Assembly: GCF_006345805.1 (NCBI RefSeq)
Contig: NW_021833387.1
Location: 1-27,112, forward strand
Origin: Octopus sinensis
Taxonomy: Eukaryota
Direction of reading: 5' to 3'
Length of the DNA: 27,112 bases
In this document: in pieces, positions 1 through 12,150 of the stretch
Layout of the letters: each line of letters opens with the position of its first letter
How positions within the stretch are numbered: position 1 is the stretch's first letter
The notes under the pieces: model-generated
The model's database searches: none
What the model was told of the DNA's origin: nothing
Seen by the model: only the letters and a program-made list of their open reading frames with translations
Program-made: the position numbers and the translations under genes

Positions 1-91
1 GCTCTATCTTTCCTCTCCGTGAGGACATTCGAAATCCAATAATAAGTTTTGCTTCATCTACGCAAGATAAAGGCTTTAAAATTAAGCCGAG

Positions 92-196
92 TTGTGTATG
101 TATGTTATATGTGTGTATATGTGGTTTATATATGTTTCTTTATATAATATATGTGTGTATATATCTATAGCTATATCTATATCTATCTATATATAC

Positions 197-228
<32 letters not shown>

Positions 229-403
229 CTATTATATATATAGTATATATATATATATATTACACGCGCGCGTGTTTGTGTGTGAGTGTATGTGCGCGCG
301 CGTGCCGTGTGTAATATTTATATACAGATAAATGGCATATGTATATATATGTGTATGTATATATATATATAATACGCTTATTTATATACGCATACATGCA
401 CAT

Positions 404-439
<36 letters not shown>

Positions 440-735
440 CAAACATGCATGTAAATGTACGCAATTTCAAATGTACACGCCCACGTATACGCAAATATAC
501 ACACTCACTCTCTCCAACACACGTTATATATATATACACATTCCTATCTATGCGTATATATATGCACGCATGTCTCTGTATAATTTGTGTATGTGTGTGT
601 GTGTGTATTACTAAACCTATTCGTTACTGATATATTTCTTATTCTATGCGTGTGATATGTATATGGAGTACTTGAGTGTGTGTGTGTGTGTGGTGTGTGT
701 GTGTGTGTGTAGTTGTGTGTGTAGTTGTGTGTTTG
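92..735. repeat. Compound (TA)n/(CA)n/(TG)n microsatellite block
   Basis: Directly visible dinucleotide runs; the YI/HT/CV-repeat ORFs are artefacts. Confidence 0.95.
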
Positions 736-1079
736 TGTCTATGACCCAGTGCGTGTGCCTCTCTCTGTTGTGCGTATTTGTGTCTTTCTTCTGATCAACT
801 TAACTAATTTTCACAGCAATTTTCGGGTTCAACAACACCGAGATGTGAGAGCAACTTCTCTAAGCTAATGTCAAAATAATCGGTGGAGCTACAACGCTTG
901 TTTCGTCACCCCGGCACAACGAGACCAGTAAATGGTATTTCCTTCAGAAGATTTCCCTTCGATTGAATTTGTTTTTCCATTAAGCAAAGCAAATTTTCTT
1001 CGTCTTCGGCCACCCTCACAACAATGGCGGCGATGGAACCAACGACAAACGGTAATAACAAAACGAAAAGGAATAGTCG

Positions 1080-1096
1080 TAATAATAACATTAATT

Positions 1097-1158
<62 letters not shown>

Positions 1159-1302
1159 GTACAAGGTTTTGATGATTATGGGAATGTATGACGATTATGG
1201 GCATTGGTTTTGATGATGAGGAGGAGGACGATAATAACGATGATGTATTTGATAGACGACGAGGAGGAGGATGATAGTGAAAGAGATGATGATGATGATG
1301 AA

Positions 1303-1337
<35 letters not shown>

Positions 1338-1545
1338 CGATGATGATGATGACGATGACGAAGAAGAAGAAGAAGAAGAAGAAGAAGAAGAAAAAGAAGA
1401 AGAAGAAGAAGAAGGAGGAGGAGGAGGAGGAGAAGAAGCAGAAGAAGAAGAACAACAACAACAAGAAAAACAACAACAAAACGAAGACTGTGATGATGAT
1501 GAGGAGGATGTTGATGCTGTTGCCGTTGTTGTTGCTGATGATGTT
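1080..1545. repeat. (AAT)n tract followed by compound (GAG/GAT/GAC/GAA/CAA)n trinucleotide block
   Basis: Pure AAT run at ~1098-1156, then stepwise GAT>GAC>GAA>GGA>CAA runs. Source of the poly-D/E, poly-S and poly-F ORFs. Confidence 0.95.
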
Positions 1546-1904
1546 AACATCGATGTATGTAAGAGTCTATAAATATATTTAGTTACAAGACTCTCTACAT
1601 ATATCTATCTGTGTATGTATATATGTATATTATATGTATTATATGTATGCGTGTATGTAAATATATATGTGTGTGTTGTGTGTGTGTATACGTTTGTTGC
1701 AATATTGATGAAGTTATGTAGGATTATGAAAAAAACTGTTTTTTCTCGTGTTTGGGGTGAAAGGGAAAATACGGCATTAAGTTTGGCGATAATCAAATGT
1801 CGATGCGAACCTTCAGAAAAGAAATGCATTATTACATTTATATATGCATGTGTGTGTGTGTGCGTGTGTATATATGTGTGTAGGTTGTGTATATCTTAAA
1901 TACA

Positions 1905-2320
1905 GGCGCAGGTGTGAGAGTGTGGTAGAGAGCTTGCTTCTCAAGCACATGCTTCTGGGTTCAGCCCCACTGCGTGGCACCTTCGGCAAGTGCCTGCAAC
2001 TATAACTTCGGGCTTGACTGAAGCCTTGTGAATGGATTTGGTAGACGGAAACTGAAAGTAGCCCGTCGCGTGCACGTATGTGTGTGTGTGTGCGCGCGCG
2101 CGTTCACACGTGTGAATGTGTGTGTATCTGTTTCGTCGCCTACCGCTGCTTGCCAACTGGTGTTTGCGTCCTTGTAACTCAGCCGTGCAGCCAAAGATCC
2201 CGATAGAGTAAGAATCAGGCTTAAAGCGAAAATCAGCACTCGAGTCAGTTCATTCGACAAAGAATTCTTCAAGACGGTTGTCCCAGCATGGCCGCAGTCT
2301 AATGCCTGAAACAAGTGAAA
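1905..2320 (+). mobile_element. SINE family A (tRNA-like head, internal (TG)n), near full length
   Basis: Head GGCGCAGG...GGGTTCAGCCCCACTGCGTGGCACC with A/B-box-like motifs, body GGATTTGGTAGACGGAAACTGAAAG, tail CCAGCATGGCCGCAGTC. Colinear with the copy at 5912-6345. Confidence 0.85.
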
Positions 2321-2660
2321 CGTACAAAATGATAGACATAACTAGACTAATTACACACACACACACACACAAATGCTCAAACGTAGATCGTAAATTGTAT
2401 TTGCTGTGAATGGGGCGGAGACAATGGTTGCTGGTTATACACTTTCTTTATAAATAGTGACAGTATCCCTCAGTTCTTATCACAAATATCTGTTTTGAAT
2501 TACAGATTATTGCCATATGATGTACATTTAGCGAGTTTGTTTGAGGAAATGTTCGAAATGGCAACGTATATATAGACTTATAGAAATCATGCAGCGACCT
2601 AAGGTACAACGGCAAATTGACAACCACGATACATACGAATATATACATATATAGGGCTGC

Positions 2661-2710
2661 GAAATGGCAGAATCTTTAGCACACCCGGCAAAATGCAAAA
2701 TGAGGTCGCA
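2661..2710 (+). mobile_element. SINE family B 5' head fragment
   Basis: TGGCAGAATCTTTAGCACACCCGGCAAAATGC matches the heads of the family B copies (e.g. reverse of 9600-9646). Confidence 0.55.
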
Positions 2711-3196
2711 ACCCCGCGTCTTGTGGTCTCTGGGCTAGAATAGTAGAGAGTTGCAATATATGTGTGTGTGTGTGTGCGTGCGCGTGCGTGTAATTAATAA
2801 AAAAAAACGGAGAAAAAAGGACAATAAGAAGAAAAGAAGCAACGCGAGGATGTGGTATATGCAAAGTATTAATAAGATGCTCAGAGAAAGAAAGAAAATG
2901 TATTTTACGTTTCGAACAAATCTCTTCTTCAGAAACAGGAGTGTCCAAACGAAGAGGAAGACGGAAGAAAACAATCGCCAACAATCCACTTGTGGTTACA
3001 TATATATATATATATATATATATATCGAGTGGGAAGCACGCTGAATAACCAGTTGGAGAAGGTGTCCTCTTCGGGTGAAAATAGCAGTATCGTCTGTTCT
3101 TATGGAACACTTATGTTTAGGTGGCGATGAACATTATTACTTAGCATACACGCTGCTTTCGTCTCTAATAAAAATTTTCCTAATGAGCTAATTTGC

Positions 3197-3246
<50 letters not shown>

Positions 3247-3254
3247 TGTGTATT

Positions 3255-3465
3255 GCCAGCGGAGTCGTTAACACACCGGGTAAAATGTTTAGTAGTAGTT
3301 CGTCCGTCTTTGCAGTCTGAGTTCAAATCCCACTGTGGTCGACTATGCCTGTCCCCTTTGAGGATTGATAAAATATGTACCAGTTGAACACTGGGAACAA
3401 TCTAATGGACTCACTTTACCCTTCCCTAAAACCGTTGACCTTGTGCCAAAATTTGAAATCATTAT
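3255..3465 (+). mobile_element. SINE family B copy
   Basis: GTTAACACACCGGGTAAAATG, B-box-like GAGTTCAAATCC, GATAAAATATGTACCAGTTG, tail CCTTGTGCCAAAATTTGAAATCATT shared with other copies. Confidence 0.8.
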
Positions 3466-3477
3466 AAAGATATATAT

Positions 3478-3674
3478 CTATTTCTTTATTGCCCACGCGG
3501 GGCTAAACATAGAGGGGACAAACAAGGACAGACAAAGGGATTAAGTCAATTACATCGACCCCAGTGCATAACTGGTACTTATCCCCAAAATTAAGAAAGG
3601 CAAAGTTGACTTCGCGGAATTTGAACTCAGAACGTAACGGCAGAAGAAATACCGCTAAGCATTTCGCCCAACAG
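3478..3674 (-). mobile_element. SINE family B copy (tail-to-tail with 3255-3465)
   Basis: Plus strand shows TACATCGACCCCAGTGCATAACTGGTACTT and GGAATTTGAACTCAGAACGTAAC...GAAATACCGCTAAGCATTTCGCC, the reverse of the family head. Confidence 0.85.
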
Positions 3675-3879
3675 TTAATTAGTTACTTAGAGAGAAATAT
3701 TAAACTGAATACTTAATCTGACCCAGTTTCTTCTGCGCGGTATGGGTCAACCAAAGGTATATATAGAATATGATGACAGCACAAAATGTCACTCGGTGAG
3801 AGCGAACCCTAGACGCGAAGGTTTTATAGGAAGCTTCTTATCACTCCGCTACGCCGTTATCACCAATTTTATATTTGTG

Positions 3880-3942
3880 CTTGTGTGTTTATGTGCGCGC
3901 GCACACACACACACATGTATATGTGTGTATATTGGGTATATA

Positions 3943-3998
<56 letters not shown>

Positions 3999-4100
3999 GC
4001 TTATATATATATATATAATATGTTTATATATACATACATACATATGTACGTATGTATGTATGTATATGTATGTATGTATGTATGTATGTATATGTACAGT
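3880..4100. repeat. (CA)n/(TA)n/(TATG)n microsatellite
   Basis: Direct inspection. Confidence 0.95.
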
Positions 4101-4531
4101 CTGATAAACATATAAACATTCCTATATACAAATATATGCGTGAATGTCCGTACATACCTCCTATATATTCTATTTAATGAAACACTAATTCCGATAAGGC
4201 TAGGTCAGATGTAATCTTCGAGAGAGTTCAATATCGTAATTCGAAGCCGACATATTTGACCACATCGGTAATAGGATTGATGTAGCCCCAAATTTGATTT
4301 CGCCATATTTCCGTCTTCGTCTTCTGCTTTTGTGACACCGTATGTCATGTTCTGATACATGCTGTATTAAATAAGTAGAAAATGTGGTTTCTTGTCAGCG
4401 AGTTTAAACGAGAAACTGGCGAAGTCTTTAAAGATATTCGTTGGAAATATTATTTTTCTGTGCTTGGTTGATACAGGAAAACAATTATCATTATGAAGTT
4501 TATGCTTAAGAAACTTCATAAACTTTGTGCT

Positions 4532-4591
<60 letters not shown>

Positions 4592-4620
4592 ATATATACA
4601 TATAATAGTAGGAATTTATA

Positions 4621-4690
4621 AAAACAAAAGACGAGCGCAGGTGTGTAAAACAGCAAACAGTCGTTTAGTTTAACGCTCGGGAAGGTGACA
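4621..4690. repeat. Dispersed repeat fragment (second copy at 18191-18300)
   Basis: AAAACAAAAG...AGGTGT...TTAGTTTAACGCTCGGGAA aligns by eye with 18191-18255 (AAAACAAAAG...AGGTGT...TTAGTTTGACGCTCGGGAA). Both follow (TA)n tracts. Confidence 0.65.
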
Positions 4691-5911
4691 TAGCATTATG
4701 TAACGTGCTTCAATTTTACATTCTCTAGAAGCTTTATGAAGTTTATTACTTCGTCAATTTATATTTATATATAACCCTAAAGGGTTATTTAACCCTCGCC
4801 GCGTTTACCGTCTTTTCTCTTAGTTCATGTTTCCGATGCCGGTTAACCACAACGGTCCATACCCGGGCTAACAATAAGTTACAGGCTCTGCTAACTTTTT
4901 CTTGTCTGGTTACTACCGATTCACCTATTCAGGGCTGCATAATATCCGTAGGGCAATTGATAGTATTAATAATGATAAGGAGAAGAGAAACTTTTATTTT
5001 TTCACATTCATAATTTTATTTCACAGTTATTTACATCATCTTCACGGGACCTACGCGTGTTTCACCTGCAGCGACTGCACACTGTTAGATGTGCAACTTG
5101 GCGTCAGGGTTTGTGCAGTTTCACCAAGGACCTTAACTCTACCGTTTCAAAGTAATTCACATCTTCATAACAATTGCCAGAAATGTGTTTAATACGTAAA
5201 TTGGTCAATCCAACCATGTCACACCGCTAGAATTAGTGACTATTTAAACACTGTGTTCTTGGACGGTTGATGGGGTCGATATGGTGCTGAAAAAGGAGCA
5301 ATAACCCCTATAAATCTAAAAATAACAGCAAGTAAATATTAAGTTAAAAAAGCTACCCATGGGTTCGTGTCCCATGTACAGCTTTCGACTAGCCAAAGGA
5401 TTTTCTAACCCTAACATTTAGAAGCTATTATTTATAGCCTTACTCTATTTCAAGTTCCACCGTTAAAAAAACACCCCACAATATTATGATGAGAAACGAG
5501 ACAAATAAGAAAATCCAACATACCTAAGAGACAACAATGTTCCCAATAAAATCATTCACAATTCGACACAATGGGCAGTATGGCCCTCAACAAGGTAGGC
5601 TATTGACATAACTTGAACTATAAATCTATGAATCACAAGCGTTCCTGTTGTGACCATCCCGTCTTTTTTGCAAATAAGGAAATACCATTGTCAATTGTAT
5701 TCTTTGTTTATACAGTACCCTGCAGAGAAACGGGATATATTTAAATGAGATTCCGCCTTGCATCCCACGGCAGGGAACCCATTCAGTTCAAGCTGGAGGC
5801 CACGTTCTGATGATCCAAGCAGCACCATATCGTCCGTCTAGAAATATCAGCGAAGCAGTTGCACAGCTGCCTGTTGTGGTATCAAGTTTAGAAGGTTGGA
5901 TAATATCCACA

Positions 5912-6072
5912 GGCGCAGGCATGGCTGTGCAGTAAGAAGCTTGCTTCCCAAACAAATGGTTTTGGGTTCAGTCCTACTGCGTGGCACCTTGGACAAGTGT
6001 CTTCTACTATAGCCTAAGGCTGATCAAAGCCTGTTGAGTGGATTTTTGAAAAAAGCTTGCCGTATATCTGTG

Positions 6073-6113
<41 letters not shown>

Positions 6114-6345
6114 TGTGTGAGTGTGTGTGTGTGTGCATTTGTGTGTGTGTGCGTTTGTTTGTCCCACATCATCAATTGACAACTGGCGTTGGTTTGTTTA
6201 CTTGGCGGTTCAGCAATAAGAGACCGATATAATAAGTACCAGAATTAAAGAGAAAATATAACTACTAGGATCGATTCATTAAACTAAAAATTCTTCAAAG
6301 CGGTGCCCCAGTATCAAGAATGAAACAGATAAAGGATAAAAAGTA
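5912..6345 (+). mobile_element. SINE family A, near full length
   Basis: GGCGCAGGCATGGCTGTG...GGGTTCAGTCCTACTGCGTGGCACCTTGG, internal (TG)n, tail GACCGATATAATAAGTACC...GCGGTGCCCCAG; colinear with 1905-2320. Confidence 0.85.
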
Positions 6346-6619
6346 AGAGAGAGACTCACTTAGTCATGCTTGGGAATCCGGCCGAAAAGGGTAATGAAAG
6401 TTGTTTCTGATAGGACACTATGAGGAATCTACCCGCTACGACCCTTCCACAAATAGTGGGCTGAGAAAATGGTTGAATGCATTTAAAATTACAAAAATAA
6501 AAGGAAATCAGATTTTTGTGCGTGACCCTCAACTTAAGGAGATATGAGATAGGTACTTAAGGTAGTTATTTGAGAGAAGCTGCGTTTCTATTTCTAAAAG
6601 ATGAAGTTATCGCATAGAA

Positions 6620-7673
6620 CAGTACTTCTCGACCATATTTTGTCTATGGACTCCTTTGGTTCCTTAATTACTCAACTGGGTTTCCATAGCCATTCAATGT
6701 CTATGGAAAATCCTAATTAAATATCATTAGGAATTGTATAAAAGAATTTGTTAAAATATTTTGTATATTGTGGAGGTAGGAGGGTGGGCTGAAAAGTTCA
6801 TCGGCTGACCACGATGTAATGGTCAAACTTGACCAAATGTGATCCCCTGCGATCCATACACTTCTTCCATCGGTGTTGCAACGCTTGGATTCCCTTGGCA
6901 TAAAAACACTCGTCCTGACTCTCAAAAAAGTCCTCAACAGTAGATATGACCTCATCATCGGTCCGATACTGCTTCCCAGCCAAGTGTTTTTGTTTTCCTG
7001 TCGGGGAATAGAAAACAGTCAGATGATGCCAAAATCAGGAGAATATGGAAGGTCATCAACCAGTTCAAGGCCACAGTCGGGCACAGCAGCCAATACAACC
7101 ACAGACGTGTGTACAGGAGCGTTGTCCTGGTGAAGCAGGACCCCATGAGCTATCTGATTAACATTTAAACGTCGGTCACCCATCACAAGTCGATGTTTTT
7201 CTGGGTGGTAGCTGTGACAGGATCTTGGGTCATCTTCAAGACTCTCCCTACCCCTCTTTAATTCAGCTGCCCATTTTTGCACAGTTGATAAAGCTGGAGC
7301 ATCATCTCCTAATGCAGCAACCTTGCCAGCATGACTGTCCGGGGTGAGGGGCTATCCCTTTTTTCTACAGATATTTGGTAACACTACGTTGCCAAATTTT
7401 CTCCATTCCCACAAAATGTCTATAGTACCACTTTTCCAAGTCCTCAATTCTGTATCCAATGTGGGTTTATCTGAAAAAAAAAAAACATGCAGCTAGCATC
7501 AGTAAAGGTTGAATTTAAAGCATGCCATGTTTAATTACTCTATGATAAACCCCCTTCATGTTCAGCCTATGAACATTCCAGCCCACCCTCGTATAAGCAA
7601 TTTATTACAAATAAATCTTAACAAAATTTATATGAACTCCAGGAGCCATTTGGACACCGGTTGAGAATCACTG
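6620..7673. mobile_element. Degenerate hAT/Charlie-like MITE interrupted by a mariner
   Basis: Imperfect terminal inverted repeats CAGTACTTCTCGACC (6620) and GGTTGAGAATCACTG (ends 7673), resembling the CAGTGGTTCTCAACC type. No convincing 8-bp TSD. Confidence 0.5.
6779..7591 (-). mobile_element. Internally deleted mariner element (~813 bp) with broken transposase
   Basis: ~30-bp TIRs GAGGGTGGGCTGAAAAGTTCATCGGCTGA / TCAGCCTATGAACATTCCAGCCCACCCTC flanked by TA (6777-78, 7592-93). Minus-strand peptides QKWAAELKRGRESLEDDPRS, LLHQDNAPVH, YSPD and FYAKGIQALQHRWKKC are mariner motifs. WVPHEL/first-D region missing; frameshifts. Confidence 0.92.
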
Positions 7674-8084
7674 ATATAAGATTTCTTCTTTAGCCCCTAC
7701 TCGTAATATGGACCCTGTTTATCCATTGATTCCGCCATGCGATAAGGTAAAGATTCTTCAAGCCTTCAAAATCCTGTCTTTGTAACATAAACCAATGCAT
7801 ATTTAGAACTTCGATATTCGATGTGTTTATTTTAAAAGGCAGGCAGTTGTGATTTTAAAGGAGTTTGGGTCTTCAATTACAAAAGCCGGTCGAGCAAGCA
7901 GCAAGAGACTGGTCATTGTTTGTGTAGGACGCCGTTTCTATTATTGTTGTTTTTGTTATTGTTGATGTTCTTGTAGCACTCGTTGACCTCGCATGTGTTG
8001 TTATTCAGTGTGGTAGGCATTATCATTTCTGCACACCACATCCTATTCAGGTTCGTTACGTGTTTATTTCTAAATGATAATACT

Positions 8085-8129
<45 letters not shown>

Positions 8130-8132
8130 AAA

Positions 8133-8171
<39 letters not shown>

Positions 8172-8205
8172 AAAAGAGAGAGAGACAAAAGACAAAGACA
8201 GTTGT
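8085..8205. repeat. (GA)n(GACA)n compound repeat, itself tandemly duplicated
   Basis: Two GAGAGA-GACAGACA-GAAAAA blocks. Confidence 0.9.
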
Positions 8206-8420
8206 TTGCATCTTTCCGGCAAATTTGATGTACTTTAATGTCCAACTGTTGACTAAACATTATAATTAAAAACCAAGACAAACTAAAATAAAAAACTAAA
8301 CAAAGATGTCGGGAAAGGCCTATGAATCACTTTCCCGTTATTAGAGAGAGAGCCACGGGAGAGACGTGGCTCCTCAGGGATAAGAGATAGACTAATCACC
8401 AATTCTGACAATGTAATCAA

Positions 8421-8455
<35 letters not shown>

Positions 8456-8836
8456 ATACTACTACTGATAAACAGACTAGACATTGTTATCAATGTTTGA
8501 TTTATTTATATATATATATATATATATATCATTTAAGTATATACACATATATGTAATTTATTTTTATATATACGTATTTTATAAATATATTCAGTCACTC
8601 ACTCACACAGACACACACACAAACACAAACGCATATATATATATATATATATATTCTGAAGAAAGTGTGTTCATATATATGTTCATTATGCACCTCTATA
8701 AAAGAATGCATATGTATTTGCGTGTGAGAGTAGTAGTAGTAGTATAAGAGCATACGCTGTAACAGCGCATCGCCGCATCCACCATTTGTCAGTGGTCCCA
8801 GACTCCTTGCGGATGGCACCTCTATACACACATAAA

Positions 8837-8906
<70 letters not shown>

Positions 8907-9434
8907 CAGACAAACAGACAAACAGAAAAACCAGAGAGGCTTGCATACATATTTATCGGATGTCTCTGTAGTTTACATTAGAAATCTTAACAAAACTCAT
9001 TAAAAAGTCGATGCAAACATTTGCCAAGAAACGTGCCACGGCACCAAATTGAATCGAAAGACTACAAAATAAAAATCGTGAATCTATTCTCGATATAATT
9101 TGAGCTTTTGGCGATATTAAATTTAATTTTAGGCTGGTGGAAATCTTCAAACGTACTCAAAGTACACTTGAGCACAAAGGTCGACTCGACTGAGTGCTCT
9201 TGAATTAATATCGAATGTAATGGGGGGGGGGTACTTATTACAGAAGAAGAAAATTCTGAAATATTTTAAGCTCTGGAGAACCATTTTCTCCCCCCACCTT
9301 TTTAGTATTGACTTTTCCGGGAATTTCTCCGAATTAACGATAAACAAATTGGGAAATTGTGAAAATGTAATTTATTAAAATATCAATACAGCTCGAGAAA
9401 GCAAAATCAATAGTAATTACTAAATATAATTATA

Positions 9435-9646
9435 ATGATTTCAAATTTTGGCACAAGGCCAGGAAATTTAGGGGGAGGGGTAAGTCAATTACATCAACTT
9501 CAATGTTCAACTGGTACTTATTTTATCAAACCCGAGAAGATGAGAGGCAAACTCGACTTCGGTGGAATTTGAAATCAAAACCTAAAGTCGGAAGAAATAC
9601 TGCTAAGCGTTTTTTCCCGGCGCGGTAACAATTCTGCCAGCTCACC
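9435..9646 (-). mobile_element. SINE family B copy
   Basis: GATTTCAAATTTTGGCACAAGGCCAG ... CTGGTACTTATTTTATC ... GGAATTTGAA ... CAATTCTGCCAGCTCACC on the plus strand. Confidence 0.85.
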
Positions 9647-9649
9647 TCC

Positions 9650-9692
9650 TTAATAATAATAGTAATAATAATAATGATGATGATGATGATGA

Positions 9693-9739
<47 letters not shown>

Positions 9740-9788
9740 CGACGACGACGACGACGACGACGACGATGATGATGATGATGATGATGAT
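9650..9788. repeat. (AAT)n/(GAT)n/(GAC)n microsatellite
   Basis: Direct inspection. Confidence 0.95.
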
Positions 9789-9800
9789 TTCAAATTTTGG

Positions 9801-11095
9801 TACAAGACCATTCCTGAATGCAAAGGAGGTATTTTCTTTTTAGATGCTCCAGGAGGAACTGGTGAAACATTCATGACTAAACTTCTCCTTGCAAACGTAC
9901 GCCAGCAAAAGGGGATCGCTTTAGCTGTAGCTTCTTCTGGAATTGCAGTGCCCAGGGGCTAGGACGGCTTATTTGTCCTTCAAACTCCCGTTCAATGCTT
10001 CTGCGCCCGACTCAACCACCCGCAATATTACTAAAGACTCAGACAAATCAGAAGTGCTGTGAAGGTGCCAGCTGATTGTTTGGGACGAATGCATCATGGC
10101 ACATAAAGGATCTCTTGAAGCACTGGACAGGTCCCTGAAAGACATCAGTGGCTGCATTAGCTCCATAGGAGGCCTTCCTTCCTTCCTTCTATCTGGTGAT
10201 TTCAGACAAACCCTACCCATAATTCTAAAATGCACCAGAGCTGACGCTGTAATGGCTTGCATTAAGTTATCTTCTCTGTCGCAGGACGTGACAATTTTGA
10301 CTCTTACAACAAACATGAGGGCCCAGATTTTCGGCAACAACTTATCGGGCGACTTTTCCAAGCCACTTCCCACCGTTCGTGCTGTTACTGCTCTCTCCGA
10401 TGCAGATATGGCGGTCTCACAGGTAGGCACACCTGTGGACACTGTGGACGACCTTACGACTGCTGTTTTTCTCGATCTACCAAAACCTGAATTGGCTGTG
10501 CGAAAGAGCCATATTAGATCCCAAAAACACATTTGTTGCGAAATTCGATGAAAACCTACTGCGAAGCCTTCCTGGAAACATTCACACCTACAAGTCTGTG
10601 GACACTATTGCGGACCAAGAAGAGGCCATTAATTTTTCCACAGAATTCCTCAATTCCTTGGACCTCCTTCGGACTACCGCCTCACCAACTGCATCTCAAA
10701 AATGGATCTCAAGTCATGCTGCTGAGGACCCTAGAGCCACCGCGTCTGTGCAATGGTATGCGGTCACTGGTAAAAAAAAAATGTGCTGACTCATGTTATT
10801 GAAGCAACAATTCTTATTGTGATAACGTATTTATACCCAGGATACCTCTTACTCCATCGGATAAGCAATGCGCCTGTCCCTTGAGTCGACTTCAGGTCCC
10901 TCTACGGCTTCGCTTTGCCATATCCATCAACAAGTCCCGAAGCCAAACACTAACAACAACAGGCTTCCATTTAGGCCAGCCATGCCTCTCGCACGGCTAA
11001 TTATATATCGGATGCAATAAAAGAAAAAGGAAAACCTTTTCGTCTTCACCCCGAAAGCGAAAACGAAACATGTCGTCTACCGTACGGTGCTGTAG
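9801..11095 (+). pseudogene. Helitron PIF1-like (SF1B) helicase pseudogene
   Basis: Manual translation across frameshifts and stops: FFLDAPGGTGETF (Walker A, K>E), ALAVASSGIA, LIVWDECIMAHK, LLSGDFRQTLP, LTTNMR, GLPPHQLHLKNG..VMLLRTLEPPRLCNG, FIPRIPLTPSD, FAISINKSRSQTL, CLSHG*LY, TKHVVYRTVL*. Confidence 0.92.
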
Positions 11096-11584
11096 GCCGT
11101 CCAACATTCCGAAGCTTCCCTGTCGGACAGGTTGGTGGTGAGTGGGTACTATTGTTGCCATTATTTCAGAATTGCCTATTTTTCTTAAGTCTTTTCTTTT
11201 TTTCTGTCCACTACATCTTCTCAATCTCCTTGCAGATTGTTTGCGTTTTGGCATCACTGCACCCACAGCTTTTCGTGTGACCGAAAAAAGACGTTTATAC
11301 CTGTGAAAGGTGAACAATACTTTTCAGGGCTATTGTGAGAACGATAACACGGTCCTTTTCAGGGCTACTTTATATTCAATTGTTTCACCCCCTGAAATGC
11401 TCTTGAGGTTACTACATTATTTAATGGTCTATGGAAAAAATCACTTCTTCCTCAATGTCAATGTTTACAACTTGGCGCAAAATACGTTCAAAGAGATGTA
11501 CAAAAAAAAGAAACAAAATGGTAGAACCTATTAAGACCGTTGTCGAGTATTTGATACCCGAGCAACGTCGGGTAGTTCTGCTAG
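9801..11584 (+). mobile_element. 5'-truncated Helitron relic
   Basis: PIF1-family helicase pseudogene followed ~460 bp later by a canonical Helitron 3' end: hairpin TACCCGA-GCAACG-TCGGGTA (11555-11574), 6-nt spacer, CTAG (11581-11584), then T. No Rep domain or 5' TC end seen. Confidence 0.9.
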
Positions 11585-11879
11585 TTTATATTAATTTGTA
11601 TATGCACATGATCTTTTAGTTATAAAAATCCGTTATTTACTCAAAGATGCTATAATAATGTTTCGGTATTGTTACTGGTATGTTTCGATTACCTTATTTA
11701 TATTGTTGTCTCCCTCTGTTGTGTAATACCATAACAACTGATATGGTGGGCTCAGATGTTTAGGCAGCGGCAAAGAGACTGCAGAACGGATTTGCTCACC
11801 ATGGCGGAATGTTGTGGCGTAAGTGGGAAATGATGGAGAGATGCGCATTGATGAGAGCATAAATGGAGTTTATCTTTAG

Positions 11880-11882
11880 ATG

Positions 11883-11969
<87 letters not shown>

Positions 11970-11982
11970 GGATGGATGGATG

Positions 11983-12027
<45 letters not shown>

Positions 12028-12037
12028 GTAGACAGAC

Positions 12038-12080
<43 letters not shown>

Positions 12081-12085
12081 GAGAG

Positions 12086-12148
<63 letters not shown>

Positions 12149-12150
12149 GA
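11880..12150. repeat. Long (GATA)n tetranucleotide array with GATG/GACA/GA variants
   Basis: Direct inspection; source of the YLSI-repeat ORFs. Confidence 0.97.

Noticed and set aside
817-1050. Strong plus-strand acceptor (TTTTCACAG at 816) and a CESNFSKL peptide resembling the hAT dimerisation motif
   Set aside because: All three frames stop within 21 codons and an 8-residue match is not enough. A non-coding exon is not excluded.
1204-1572. 122-aa acidic ORF (nucleolin/prothymosin-like look)
   Set aside because: Built entirely of trinucleotide runs, open in several frames and both strands, and identical in style to many other tracts in the window.
1905-1980. tRNA gene
   Set aside because: The A/B-box-like head continues into a SINE body shared with other copies and no full cloverleaf forms.
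5813-5860. CTGATGA followed later by GAAAT
   Set aside because: The intervening sequence forms no stem II and no stem I is present.
11796-11877. Candidate exon(s) with GTGAGC (minus) or GTAAGT (plus) donors
   Set aside because: Acceptors are weak, either strand is possible, and there is no homology; no basis for choosing.
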